Below the pieces are notes generated by a model. The model had not been told where the DNA came from, made no database searches, and worked only from the letters and a program-made list of their open reading frames with translations. Below, piece after piece: positions 8,897 to 19,108 of a stretch of DNA of 64,000 nucleotides (within the stretch, counting starts at the first letter, position 1; every line of letters starts with the position of its first letter). Both the position numbers and the translations under genes were made by a program. Origin of the DNA: an uncultured virus (IMG/VR IMGVR_UViG_3300012259_000001) (Duplodnaviria; Heunggongvirae; Uroviricota; Caudoviricetes); IMG/VR virus record IMGVR_UViG_3300012259_000001, positions 62,001 through 126,000 of that record; one strand, written 5' to 3'.

Positions 8897-10327
8897 ATGG
8901 GTGTCTGTGCAGAGATCGTGAACCACGATCAGCTATTTGATTCACTGACCAGCGTACCGCTCATCATTAACGATTATCAAATCGACAGCAAAGAGGACCG
9001 AGACGCTCTCCACAACCTCGCAATAACCAAGTACACTGGTGAGTCGCTTGATATCGTACCTTCATGCGATTGCGGCTACCTGAAGTATCAGTACAACGTT
9101 GGCGTACGTTGTCCAATCTGTAACCACTTCTGCCTGCCTTCTACGGAACGGCCGCTGGAGGCGTTGTTGTGGATTGCTGCCCCTCAAGGGGTAGAACGTC
9201 TGATCAACCCCTGGGTCTACGTGATCTTGAAGTCCGAGATGACGATCAAGAGCGTCAGTCTACTGGACTGGTTGATCAATCCGGGATATCGCCCACCGAA
9301 TAAGAAGATGGAGTTCTTCACCCAAAGCCTTTCGGCACAAGGGTATAAGCGGGGGTTGAATTCTTTCTACCACAACTTCGACAGTATCATGCAACTGATG
9401 TGCTCGGAGGAAGGGCCGCTGTACGACAATAAGAAGAAGCGTAAGGTGGAATACCTACGCACTTTCATTGCTTTGTACCGCGATCTGATCTTCAGCCATA
9501 AGGTGCCCATCCCGTCGAAAGCGGCGTTCATCATCGAGAAGGCAGCTACAGGCCTGTACGGTGACCTGACCATGCGCCCTGCCATTGATGCGATTTACAC
9601 CATCAGCGGCATTGTGCACAGTCAAACCAAACTGAGCCAAGAGGAAATCGAGAAACGTACCGTCACGGCCATCGTGATGCTATCTGAGTACTATGCCCCG
9701 TTCATCGGTGCGCAGTTGGGTAGTAAAACAGGTTGGTGGCGTAAACACGTGTTTGGTTCTCGTGACCATTTCAGCTTCCGGGCTGTAATCACCTCGCGTT
9801 CAGACCAACACCATCATGAGGAACTGGAACTCCCGTGGTCCCTGTCCATCATGGTGTTCAAAACTCACCTGACGGCCAAACTGCTCCATCGTGGGTATTC
9901 GCCCAAGCAAATCAACAAGCTGTTGTTCGAACACACCTTGCGGTATCATCCTCTGATCGATGAGATCTTCAAGGAACTGATCGCCGAATCGCCTCGCAAG
10001 GGTATTCCGGTAATCTTCCAACGTAACCCTACGTTGACTCGTCTGTCGGCGCAACGTCTGTATGTCACCCGTATCAAGAGTGAAGACCCGCGGATCAACA
10101 CCGTGAGCCTTTCTGTACTGGTGCTACCGGGCATGAACGCAGACTATGACGGGGACGCCTTGAACGGCATCATTATTCTGGACCACCAGATGTTGGAGGC
10201 TCTGGATGAACTGGCACCCCGCAACGGTGTTTACGACACCCGCAAACCCCGCAGTATCTCTAGCCACATCGCAATCCCTGCGCCTGTGGTGACTACGATC
10301 TCGAACTACATCCACCGGGGTCGCTAA
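8897..10327 (+). CDS. non-virion RNA polymerase beta' N-terminal subunit (gp55/56.1-like)
   Basis: Zn-binding CDC...CPIC, RAVITS, FQRNPTL and catalytic NADYDGD. Confidence 0.92.
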   Translation: MGVCAEIVNHDQLFDSLTSVPLIINDYQIDSKEDRDALHNLAITKYTGESLDIVPSCDCGYLKYQYNVGVRCPICNHFCLPSTERPLEALLWIAAPQGVERLINPWVYVILKSEMTIKSVSLLDWLINPGYRPPNKKMEFFTQSLSAQGYKRGLNSFYHNFDSIMQLMCSEEGPLYDNKKKRKVEYLRTFIALYRDLIFSHKVPIPSKAAFIIEKAATGLYGDLTMRPAIDAIYTISGIVHSQTKLSQEEIEKRTVTAIVMLSEYYAPFIGAQLGSKTGWWRKHVFGSRDHFSFRAVITSRSDQHHHEELELPWSLSIMVFKTHLTAKLLHRGYSPKQINKLLFEHTLRYHPLIDEIFKELIAESPRKGIPVIFQRNPTLTRLSAQRLYVTRIKSEDPRINTVSLSVLVLPGMNADYDGDALNGIIILDHQMLEALDELAPRNGVYDTRKPRSISSHIAIPAPVVTTISNYIHRGR

Positions 10328-10374
10328 ATAAACTTGAGGGGGCTTTCAGTCCCCTCTCACCGAGGACACCTCGA

Positions 10375-10686
10375 ATGAACAAGGCACAAGAGCTGCTCCA
10401 ACTGGCGCAGAACAATCAACTGAATACGTCGCGGACCTACCTGCTGGTGGTTAAGTCCACCCCACAGGAGTTCAAGGAGATGCGTGAGGAGCTGGCCAAG
10501 CACGGCTATACCTTCTCGCTGGTTCCTGATGAACAAACCGAAACGAAGAAAGTGGCCAACGGGGGTAGTGTCCCTGCACCCGCCACCACCTACTCGCTCT
10601 ACCTCACCAACCCACAAGGCCTCTACCTGGTGGCAAAGCGCGGTACCGAGAAGTGGTTCGCGGAGCGTGGCATCTACGCGATCTAA
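10375..10686 (+). CDS. hypothetical protein
   Basis: 103 aa, GAGGA SD, biased codons. Confidence 0.7.
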   Translation: MNKAQELLQLAQNNQLNTSRTYLLVVKSTPQEFKEMREELAKHGYTFSLVPDEQTETKKVANGGSVPAPATTYSLYLTNPQGLYLVAKRGTEKWFAERGIYAI

Positions 10687-10726
10687 AATTACCATTAGCC
10701 ACTACTTTATGTAGAAGGAGTAATTC

Positions 10727-11350
10727 ATGGCCCAAATGGTAATTGGCGGTACCAATACGTTTGACCAATTGTTGTATGGTGCACCCCACCCCGAAGTGCA
10801 GCAGTTTGTCAACACCCTGCATCAGCAGATTACCCCCATGCTAACTCAAGAAGGACTTAACTTCGTTCAGAATACCCGGAACGAGTGGAGTCGGTTCTTC
10901 GGTGAGGACGCAGCCCGCCTGGCCCGAGCCGGCGCGCGACGGGTGGTCAGTCTGTGGGATGATGACAGCATTCGTCAACTGGTGGGTATTGCAGCCTTGC
11001 AACATGCCCCGGTGGTGATGCAGCCGTTCCTGATGGCCCAGCCCGAGATCCGCCAAGCGTATCTGGACCAGAAGATCGACGGTTATAGTGAAACCTATGT
11101 GAACGAACATGGCGATGCAGTGGGTGAGGAACATTATCACTACCAGTGCGTCATGTCCGGGATTGTAGAGGACACTGAAGAAGGCGAGGAATGGCGTGCA
11201 GTCACCTACTTCTTGGAACATGAGAAAGCGGAAGACCAACTGAACTTCGATCAGAAGGTTGACGTGCTCTGTACTTGGAGTGAACTGCTGATGCGCTACC
11301 GTACTGGCCGGGACGATCCGACCAGTAAATTCAATTCCTCACTTTGGTGA
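10727..11350 (+). CDS. conserved chimallivirus protein (positional gp59/Imp3-like)
   Basis: 207 aa, AAGGAG SD; ortholog assignment from synteny only. Confidence 0.5.
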   Translation: MAQMVIGGTNTFDQLLYGAPHPEVQQFVNTLHQQITPMLTQEGLNFVQNTRNEWSRFFGEDAARLARAGARRVVSLWDDDSIRQLVGIAALQHAPVVMQPFLMAQPEIRQAYLDQKIDGYSETYVNEHGDAVGEEHYHYQCVMSGIVEDTEEGEEWRAVTYFLEHEKAEDQLNFDQKVDVLCTWSELLMRYRTGRDDPTSKFNSSLW

Positions 11351-11428
11351 TTGGTGAGGGGACTTTGTCCCCTCACTCATCCCCTTTATATGAAGCCTTA
11401 TTTTTTGCCCTGTCTCGTTGAGGTGTAT

Positions 11429-11830
11429 ATGAATGTTGAGATCCCCTCCCTCAGTGCCTCTGGTTGGGTTGGTGATGTTCCCGAGAAGCTCGATAAGTTG
11501 TTGGGGTATTTCTTGGTGAGCGAGAAATCTCAATCCTTCATCTTCGACGGATCAGTGGCATCCTTCCCCGCCATTATCCAGAACAACACCGAACAACCCA
11601 TGCGCTTGGCCGACGAAACTCGCAGTACGTTGGTGACGTTGCTCTCCCGGTACTTTGACGGTGCTGAGGTGGATGCTGAAGCTACCACCCCTGACCCTGA
11701 CAGACCCGACCTGATCGACCTTTCGCTGGATATCCGAGTGCTGGTAAATGGTCAACAGTATTACGCCGGTCGTGAGTTGTCCTTGATCAACTCCAAAGTG
11801 GCGAAAATTGCTGAAATCAACAACGGTTAA
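11429..11830 (+). CDS. conserved phiKZ-like hypothetical protein
   Basis: ATG 11429 with GAGGTG SD; IPSLSASGWV N-terminus. Confidence 0.65.
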   Translation: MNVEIPSLSASGWVGDVPEKLDKLLGYFLVSEKSQSFIFDGSVASFPAIIQNNTEQPMRLADETRSTLVTLLSRYFDGAEVDAEATTPDPDRPDLIDLSLDIRVLVNGQQYYAGRELSLINSKVAKIAEINNG

Positions 11831-11846
11831 AAAAAGGAAACCCCCT

Positions 11847-12530
11847 GTGACCACTCCCGATTATTCTTTGACGACTACCCCTACTTCCCAAGAAACCACA
11901 ACCGCTGCTCCAGTAACGGTGGAGGGGAACGGTGTTGCTGCTCGTATGAGACAGTCCACATTCCCACAACAAGGTCCGAAAGTGGACCAAGTTTTCATCC
12001 GACTGAATCAGTTGATCTCGGTACTGGATGAAGTGGTGACCGAACAAAATGTCAAGATCATCCGTCTGGCAGAAATTTGCGCAGACAAGGCCAGTCTCAA
12101 AATGGTGGAAGAAATCGGTACCAAGTTTGATGACCTGATCGTTGAGCTGCGTCAACGCTTGACACAAACCCAACACAGTCACGACCACCACGCCCACACC
12201 CCGGAACCTAAAACGATCCAACAACTGGTGGAGGAGGGTCGGGCTACTATCGACTCCTCACTGGAATGTACGGACCATGCTCTGGTTATGTGTGTACTGC
12301 GTGACGGCGGGTTGTTTCTCTACGATATCACTCGTGATGAGAATGGCCTGCCCCAGTACAAACCCTTCGACGCCGAATCCGACGCAACTCAACTTGGAAC
12401 CGCCGTGCTCGAAGAACACCGCTCCAAACAGTACAAACCCGGTCAGCTGGTTTACATCACTGTTAACCTGATCACTGACAAGCCCCTGGATGAAACTTCT
12501 GTCCAGGTGCCGGTTAAAACACAATCGTAA
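11847..12530 (+). CDS. hypothetical protein
   Basis: GTG 11847 after AAGGA; His-rich QHSHDHHAH patch. Confidence 0.65.
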   Translation: MTTPDYSLTTTPTSQETTTAAPVTVEGNGVAARMRQSTFPQQGPKVDQVFIRLNQLISVLDEVVTEQNVKIIRLAEICADKASLKMVEEIGTKFDDLIVELRQRLTQTQHSHDHHAHTPEPKTIQQLVEEGRATIDSSLECTDHALVMCVLRDGGLFLYDITRDENGLPQYKPFDAESDATQLGTAVLEEHRSKQYKPGQLVYITVNLITDKPLDETSVQVPVKTQS

Positions 12531-12601
12531 AGCGCACTAAGTAACTCTTTATACACAACGGCTAGGGTATGACCCTAGTCGTTTGTGTTGAGGACCAGAC
12601 C

Positions 12602-13150
12602 ATGACGAAGAAAGAACCGATTGTAAAAAACACCGAACGCGTTAAAGAAGCCATCTCAGACCTTAACCAATTGTTCCAAAGTGATGTGCCGCGTTGCAGC
12701 GAAGAGTACTTTCGCGAAGCCATCCTACCCATGTTGCTGAGCACTGAAGAACGCCCGAGCCTTCAGCCTTGGCTTCAAGTGTCGGACAACGTCAAACGGC
12801 CGTTGGATGTCTATCGTGGTAGCGAACTGCTTTTCCGTTGCCCCCCGATCTCTCGTCGGTTTACCTTCAAGCCGGCTCGCCATCGGGGCGACACGATGTT
12901 CGAACACGTAGCCAAGTCCCTACAAAAAGACGACGTGGTACCCACCCTTGGTCAACGCTACATCGGTAATGCGGTGAAGGCCAAGACCCAAGTAGTGGCC
13001 CTGTCTGAAGCGGAGAAAGAGGAATGGCGTGTTGTGTTGCGACATTTTGGGGTGATCAAAGACCCTAACGCAACCAAAGTTGCCGAACCACAAACCACTG
13101 CCTCACCATCCAGTGATGGGGACTTCATCGATGACTACGAGCTTGCGTGA
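12602..13150 (+). CDS. conserved phiKZ-like hypothetical protein
   Basis: GAGGA SD; LLFRCPP motif; overlaps the nuclease start. Confidence 0.65.
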   Translation: MTKKEPIVKNTERVKEAISDLNQLFQSDVPRCSEEYFREAILPMLLSTEERPSLQPWLQVSDNVKRPLDVYRGSELLFRCPPISRRFTFKPARHRGDTMFEHVAKSLQKDDVVPTLGQRYIGNAVKAKTQVVALSEAEKEEWRVVLRHFGVIKDPNATKVAEPQTTASPSSDGDFIDDYELA

Positions 13151-14270
13151 GCTAACGATCGCCGAAATAGGTGATGTGCACTTAGGTCACCACAACACCG
13201 AAACAGCCCACATCATCGAGAACCTTCGTCGGGAGTTTCCGGACACTGATGCCTTTGGTGAACTGGATCTGTTCATCATTGCAGGGGACCTGTTTGATCG
13301 ACTGTTGGATTACTCCGATCCTAATCTGGAGTTGATCGACCGTTGGATGAACGACTTCCTCGCTCAGTGTAAACGACGCAATGTCATTGTTCGGTGTCTG
13401 TACGGAACACCTTCGCATGATTGGCAACAAAGTGCGAACATGGTGTACGCCAACAACACGATAGGGGCCAACTTTAAATACGTTGACACCCTGTCGATTG
13501 AGTACATTGCCGAATTGGGGATTCACGTCCTGTACGTTCCGGATGAGTGGAAACACGATCCCAACGATGTGTGGTTGGATGTTCAAAAAGCGTTGGCTGA
13601 ACACGGCTTGGAAAAAGTGGACTTCACTGTCCTCCACGGGGCTTTCGAGCACCAGCTACCTGAACACGTCCCAGCCCCAAAGCACCAATGTGACCGTTAC
13701 CAGAACATCACCCGGTACTTTGTATTCGGGGGACACATCCACAAACGCTCGCAGAACGGCAACATTCTGGCAGCAGGTTCTTTTGATCGACTCTGTCACG
13801 GTGAGGAAGAAGCCAAAGGACATCTCTGGGTTAAAACCAAAGCCGATGGTCGGCATGAAATTCGCTTTATAGAAAACCGTAACGCTAAGATGTATGTCTC
13901 GGTAGACTGTAGTGGCGATAGCCTGGATTTGGCCACCGATAAGGTAGAGCAGCAAGTATTGGCGCTACCGCCAGGCTCACATGTACGCATCTTAGCAAAT
14001 AAGACGGACCCCATCATCCTCAGTTTGAATGAACTGAAGACGAAGTACACCGAGCACTTCCTAACCACCAAGGTCATGGACCAAGAGAAAGGTAAACGTG
14101 AGGCGGTTAACCGCATCATCACACCCTTTACCCCTGCTGCCATTACCCCCGACAACATCTTCGGTTTGATAATGGCGCGCTTCAAGGAAGAAGTTCACGA
14201 TCCTCTCTACCACCAACTTGCGGAGAATCTGTTAAATGACCAGAAGATATTCTCCTCTGGCCGAACGTGA
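13131..14270 (+). CDS. sbcD: SbcD/Mre11-like metallophosphoesterase nuclease
   Basis: GDVHLGH, AGDLFD, GTPSHD, LHG and GGHIH calcineurin-like motifs. Confidence 0.88.
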   Translation: MTTSLRELTIAEIGDVHLGHHNTETAHIIENLRREFPDTDAFGELDLFIIAGDLFDRLLDYSDPNLELIDRWMNDFLAQCKRRNVIVRCLYGTPSHDWQQSANMVYANNTIGANFKYVDTLSIEYIAELGIHVLYVPDEWKHDPNDVWLDVQKALAEHGLEKVDFTVLHGAFEHQLPEHVPAPKHQCDRYQNITRYFVFGGHIHKRSQNGNILAAGSFDRLCHGEEEAKGHLWVKTKADGRHEIRFIENRNAKMYVSVDCSGDSLDLATDKVEQQVLALPPGSHVRILANKTDPIILSLNELKTKYTEHFLTTKVMDQEKGKREAVNRIITPFTPAAITPDNIFGLIMARFKEEVHDPLYHQLAENLLNDQKIFSSGRT

Positions 14271-15090
14271 ACTGGGTAATTACGCCCCGATCTCCATTGC
14301 CACAGCGTTAGCACTGGAGAGTGCGTTCGGGGTGTCGGAGGATCACCCGGAACACAAGGCAAAACCACCGATCAACAACTATCGTGCCATCTGGTTCAAC
14401 GTACGCACCCTGCTACGGAACCTGATCGGCGCGGTAGCGCGCGATCGAAAGGATGCAATAAAGGACGATGACTTGTTTGATGCGTTAACCGCTGAGATTC
14501 AGGTCATCATGGGGTCGCTAGATTCCGTCACGCGAGGTTTGTGTACCCCGTATTTCTACATCCAGACCTACGCCGGGTTGGAGAAGAAATACCAACATTG
14601 TTTTCTCAAGACCCCCAAAACGGATTTGCAGAAAGCAATGGTGTCGCAAGAGGATTTTGTCCTAGGGGCATTGACCAAAAGTGGCGTGATCGATTTACAA
14701 CACAGCGACTTGACCCTTAAGGGTTGTCCTCAAGACAGTTTGATTGTGACGCATATGCCAATCGATCTACTGTCTCGCTACGAATTCCAAAGACTGGATC
14801 TATTGGAGTCTCACACCGGTAAGATCAAACCACACACCCAGTGGTCGTCAAAACTCACAGGGGGTGCTGGGTTGGATTTGACCCGGATGCCTTTTAACCA
14901 CGTAACCCTTCAACTCTTCGGTGATGGTGTTCACTTTCAAACCTTCCCTATCAAAGAGAAGCGTCAGTTTGTGGACATGGCGTCTAAGTACCTTTGGACA
15001 CCAACCACCACATTGGGTCGGATGAAACAGTGTATCAACAGCTACCCGTTTCACCCTGAATTCAAAATGATTTTGTTGAAGATGTTCTAA
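14236..15090 (+). CDS. conserved phiKZ-like protein (positional gp66-like)
   Basis: 284 aa; WFNVRTLLRN and LLESHTG; follows sbcD. Confidence 0.65.
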   Translation: MTRRYSPLAERELGNYAPISIATALALESAFGVSEDHPEHKAKPPINNYRAIWFNVRTLLRNLIGAVARDRKDAIKDDDLFDALTAEIQVIMGSLDSVTRGLCTPYFYIQTYAGLEKKYQHCFLKTPKTDLQKAMVSQEDFVLGALTKSGVIDLQHSDLTLKGCPQDSLIVTHMPIDLLSRYEFQRLDLLESHTGKIKPHTQWSSKLTGGAGLDLTRMPFNHVTLQLFGDGVHFQTFPIKEKRQFVDMASKYLWTPTTTLGRMKQCINSYPFHPEFKMILLKMF

Positions 15091-15154
15091 CGCAAAAAGG
15101 TAAAAAACTACCTTTTTGCCCCATAATGTGTAAAACCGAGGAGTGACAAAAATC

Positions 15155-15904
15155 ATGGCTGGCAACAACAATTTCCGTCCGGCACCGCGTAAGAAAAACG
15201 CCCTGGACGAGTACAAACTTCGCCTTTCGGGTCCAACCCTGACCGACCAAGGTGCGAAGTTCCCCGGCGCGCTGGCTGTTAGCGTGGTCAAAAACCAAAT
15301 CCACCTGGACGTCTACACCAACGTTCCGAACGACAAGAACAATGGCAACATCCGTGCTGCCATGGATCATCTGACTTTCGGGGCATTCCTCGAACTGTTC
15401 GATGCGGTCCTGAAGTCGGGTCCCGACACGGCTTACAAGATCGTCAACAAGAACCATACCTTCTTCGAAGGCAAGCGTTCTGAAGAACCTCGTGTGGTGT
15501 CCACCACCATTCTGGGTCGCGACAAAGAAGGCGTGATGTTCATTGCGCTGGTCGCCAAGGATCGTCCGTACCTGAAGTTCGATTTCCTGGGCACCAACTA
15601 CCATGCGATCATGGGTCCGGATGGTCAACCGCTCTCGAAAGCTGAAGCGTCGAACTTCTTCGCTCGTGGCTGGCGTCGTACGATCAACAACCTGACCGGC
15701 GGTGTGGCTGTTGCTGAGTACGTGGCTCCGGAACCGAAGAACAAAGACGGTGGTTCTGGTGGTGGTTACAACGGTGGCGGCAACCGTAATGGTGGCGGCA
15801 ACGGCGGTGGCTACAACGGCGGTGGTAATCGCAACGGCGGTAACGGCGGCGCACCGGCAAGTAGTGGTAACGACTGGGGCAGCGACGACGATTACAACAT
15901 GTAA
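15155..15904 (+). CDS. chmC: ChmC-like nucleus-associated RNA-binding protein (gp67-like)
   Basis: GAGGAG SD; globular N-domain plus Gly/Asn-rich disordered tail ending in acidic residues; directly upstream of the gp68-like gene. Confidence 0.65.
   Translation: MAGNNNFRPAPRKKNALDEYKLRLSGPTLTDQGAKFPGALAVSVVKNQIHLDVYTNVPNDKNNGNIRAAMDHLTFGAFLELFDAVLKSGPDTAYKIVNKNHTFFEGKRSEEPRVVSTTILGRDKEGVMFIALVAKDRPYLKFDFLGTNYHAIMGPDGQPLSKAEASNFFARGWRRTINNLTGGVAVAEYVAPEPKNKDGGSGGGYNGGGNRNGGGNGGGYNGGGNRNGGNGGAPASSGNDWGSDDDYNM
15758..15850 (+). repeat. imperfect in-frame tandem repeat (GGGYNGGGNRNGG x2)
   Basis: Duplicated peptide with synonymous differences at DNA level. Confidence 0.7.
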
Positions 15905-16038
15905 CACCCCACGAGTCCTGCTGTCGGCCTGTCCGGCAGCAGGCACACCAACCCACGTCCCTCCATGCGACCACGGGATTGAAAGCTTTTATAAGTGTAT
16001 AATATCCTCTGGCAACCAGTACTAAGGAGTACCTGTTT

Positions 16039-17601
16039 ATGAAGATTGCCGGCATTCGTTCGAAAGAGAACCAATCGGCCCAGATGATCGGTTCTTTTCT
16101 GACGAGCCATCAGGGACAGGAGTTGGAGTGGAGTGGGTCGATGCTCAATCGCACCAGCTTCAAGAATCTCGACAATCTGTTTAACCCGATCAATGGGTTC
16201 ATCGCCTCATGGCCTGCGGATAAGCAACAAGCTTTATGGGAGTGTTACGTTGAAGCTTACGAGCTGATGCGGACACAGGGGGAGCTTCGACTGCTGTTCG
16301 GTAAGTTGAAGAAAGTTGTAAAGCGGATGTACGATCTCTTTACCTACGACCAACTGCGTTATTGGGTCTTGGGGTACGGAAGCATCTATATCCCGGAGAA
16401 CATCTACGACCAGTATGACGGTAATCCCGAGGACCGGACATACCTGATCAACGACTATAAAGAGCTGGCCGTCTTGGCAGTGTCGTTGGAGCTGATGGTT
16501 CCGGTGTTCTACCAGTTCATCTTCATCAACAAGAACGTGGGTAACAACCATAAGGAGCAATACGCCTACGGTCTTCTTGGGGACACTTGGATCGAAACCA
16601 CACCAGGTGCTCAACGTCTGCGGGCTTATGTGGAAGCCAACATTGCACGAGAAGCGATTTCGGTGGCTTCGGTGTGTTTTGGTCTGAGTTCTACTGAATT
16701 GCCAGACCACCTGTACTGTCGCGCCATCGTCAAGAAAGTGGCGTTGTCGGAAGTGACGGTGGTGGATGTCAACAGTAGCATCATCAGCAACGTGTACCAC
16801 TACCTGCGCAATACCTACAAGTCTTTGGATCGCAGCTTTACAGCCGGTGACGGCAAGCTGAATCCCAAGCATAACCCGACCGATCGTGGTGGCGATGAAG
16901 ACAACATGTCGATCGCTGAAACCTACAAGGTCAAGCAAGAAATCTCGGATGGTGATCTGATCCCCCAATCGATCTACACCGAGAACTACATGCAGATGAC
17001 GCATGCTATCGATCCGACGGTACCGCCGGAGTTGGTGGAGATGTGCATCCGCAATGCATGGAAGCTGGAGCTGGACCCGATCGCCCCACACCAGATGACT
17101 TTGGTTCAGTGGGTCATGTCGAAAGTCCTGTCTCCACGGGCGATCCCCAACTTGGACAAACCTTCTCTCCTTCGCACCATCGGCGCCACCCAAGCCTTGA
17201 TGTTCCATTGGGGCTTCAAAGAGCTGGCGGTGTTGTTGACTGCAACGGCTTATAACTGGGAAGAAGAGTCGGCGATGTTCACGGTGGAAAGCCGTAGCCG
17301 CATCAGTTCAGATGCGGTACAAAAGCTGGTGGGTCTGTACCCCTACAGCACAAGACAGAGCGGTAAGACTTCAGACCGACAGACCAATGCGGCTTGTCGG
17401 GCCATTGACGCCCTTGCATTGGAAATGTCGACCAATTACTGGGCCGTTTATGTACCAGTCGAGAAAGTCAGTGAGTTTCGCTTTGAGTTCGACAACGTGA
17501 TCACAGTACCGGCTGATGTGAAAAGTCAATTGGTTCGCCTCTTGATGGATTACATTCTGACCCCCGTCGATCATCAGTTGGCGGCCGCTCGCATAATCTA
17601 A
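16039..17601 (+). CDS. non-virion RNAP promoter-specificity subunit (gp68-like)
   Basis: 520 aa, TAAGGAG SD; size and synteny in the chimallivirus core block. Confidence 0.7.
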   Translation: MKIAGIRSKENQSAQMIGSFLTSHQGQELEWSGSMLNRTSFKNLDNLFNPINGFIASWPADKQQALWECYVEAYELMRTQGELRLLFGKLKKVVKRMYDLFTYDQLRYWVLGYGSIYIPENIYDQYDGNPEDRTYLINDYKELAVLAVSLELMVPVFYQFIFINKNVGNNHKEQYAYGLLGDTWIETTPGAQRLRAYVEANIAREAISVASVCFGLSSTELPDHLYCRAIVKKVALSEVTVVDVNSSIISNVYHYLRNTYKSLDRSFTAGDGKLNPKHNPTDRGGDEDNMSIAETYKVKQEISDGDLIPQSIYTENYMQMTHAIDPTVPPELVEMCIRNAWKLELDPIAPHQMTLVQWVMSKVLSPRAIPNLDKPSLLRTIGATQALMFHWGFKELAVLLTATAYNWEEESAMFTVESRSRISSDAVQKLVGLYPYSTRQSGKTSDRQTNAACRAIDALALEMSTNYWAVYVPVEKVSEFRFEFDNVITVPADVKSQLVRLLMDYILTPVDHQLAAARII

Positions 17602-17629
17602 ACCCCTTGTTAGTAAGGAACGTTCCCCT

Positions 17630-19108
17630 ATGTTGCCCAGTTATGTAAAGATCGTTCGAGTTCTGTTCACCCCGACCGGATCTCACAACCCGCAGTTCCA
17701 ACGTCCTTATCACCTGACCAACAACGTGGACAACAACATGGTTGACACGCTGCGTCAGGTCACTCAGGAGGGTCAACACATCACCCCCGGTGCACTGGCC
17801 CCTTACGCAGGCAGCATCCTGCGTCCTTCGGCCGACGTTTATTGGGATAGCAACATTATCAGTGGTTGGGATACCCCACGCCTGCGTTTCATGATGGAGG
17901 TGGAGATCCAGAATCAAACCGGCCTGGTCAAGCAGTACATGTCGGGTTACACCAACTACCAAGGCTACCACCGCAATCTGAGCCAAGTGACTTTCGACCC
18001 GGACATGCAGTTGGTCGTCAACCGCGTTCTCAGCTTGAACCTCGGCGCACAGGGTGGCATCCGCCTGGCTGGTTCTGACCGAGTCCTCTCGGGAGAGTAC
18101 AACCCAACCTTCGGTATGGGCGGTGGCGAAACAGTTACGTTGGGTCTGCGTCCAGAAGACGTGTTCAGCATCATGCAGATTGCAGGGCCGGGCAACTACT
18201 CTGAACCTGTGATTGATGGTCGTACGGCTTTTGCTGGGAACACACCCAAGTTCTCCACGATTGCCAATGACCTGCCCAACCAGTACCTCTCTCGAGTGCT
18301 CAAGGGCTCGCTGCCGATCCACAACATCTCAGCGTCCGATGGCATGGCCACTCCGTACGGCGACACCCTCGATCGTGCGATCGGTCATTACGCCGAGATG
18401 AGCATCAACCAAAACCGGATCTTGCACCAGATCATCCAGAACGGTGGTTTCCAAGAAGGGTGTTCATTCACCTACAAGTGTCTCATGGAAATCGGGTCGA
18501 ACCATGGCAACCTCGACGATCGCGTCAGTCTGATCGAACCTTCTACCACTGGTGGATTCGAGATGCCGCTTCACCAAGCAGGTGCCTCGGCCAAGTGGAA
18601 TGCGTCGAACACCGAAGGTATCATTGCACAGGTGATCAGTTCGCAAGTCCCGGCGTTGATGTCGGACCACTTCCTGACCAAGGTGGCGTTCTCGGCTACC
18701 AACCGTACGGTAACCCGTGAGTTCGTTGTGGATGTTCAAGGGACCCCGTCTTCTTGGCTACCGACACCGGAGATGGTCAAGTTCTCCATCAACAGCTTTA
18801 TCAACCGCCTGACCCACGAGATCCTCACCGGTCTTTCGATCAACAACGCAGTGGACTTCAACATCCGTGTCATGATTGACATGTATGGCGAAACCCACAT
18901 CTTCGCTTCTGTAATGGGAGGTCCTGAGCAGTATTTCTGTGCCCCGTCCTTTGCAGATTCGCTGACCACCCCGCTGCTCTCGCAAAACGTCAACTACGCC
19001 ATGCAGTACGTCAGCGACATCGAAAGCTTGGCAAACAAAACTGTGACCCAGGTCGCAAACAATCAAAACCCACTCGGAGGCATGAACTATGCTCATTCCA
19101 CTATATGA
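17630..19108 (+). CDS. picA: nuclear protein-import factor PicA/Imp1 (gp69-like)
   Basis: 492 aa directly after the gp68-like gene; QFQRPY, SGWDTPRLRFMMEV, SGYT, PSFADSL. Confidence 0.65.
   Translation: MLPSYVKIVRVLFTPTGSHNPQFQRPYHLTNNVDNNMVDTLRQVTQEGQHITPGALAPYAGSILRPSADVYWDSNIISGWDTPRLRFMMEVEIQNQTGLVKQYMSGYTNYQGYHRNLSQVTFDPDMQLVVNRVLSLNLGAQGGIRLAGSDRVLSGEYNPTFGMGGGETVTLGLRPEDVFSIMQIAGPGNYSEPVIDGRTAFAGNTPKFSTIANDLPNQYLSRVLKGSLPIHNISASDGMATPYGDTLDRAIGHYAEMSINQNRILHQIIQNGGFQEGCSFTYKCLMEIGSNHGNLDDRVSLIEPSTTGGFEMPLHQAGASAKWNASNTEGIIAQVISSQVPALMSDHFLTKVAFSATNRTVTREFVVDVQGTPSSWLPTPEMVKFSINSFINRLTHEILTGLSINNAVDFNIRVMIDMYGETHIFASVMGGPEQYFCAPSFADSLTTPLLSQNVNYAMQYVSDIESLANKTVTQVANNQNPLGGMNYAHSTI

Noticed and set aside
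11829..11835. A7 run at an ORF junction as a frameshift site
   Set aside because: The run starts inside the upstream TAA stop, and the next gene has its own AAGGA + GTG start
15155..15904. Classical SSB call based on the Gly-rich acidic tail
   Set aside because: No recognisable OB-fold SSB motifs; position and tail fit ChmC/gp67 better
15979..16003. sigma70-like TTGAAA...TATAAT promoter
   Set aside because: Spacer is 13 bp rather than ~17, and phiKZ-like phages use their own RNAPs
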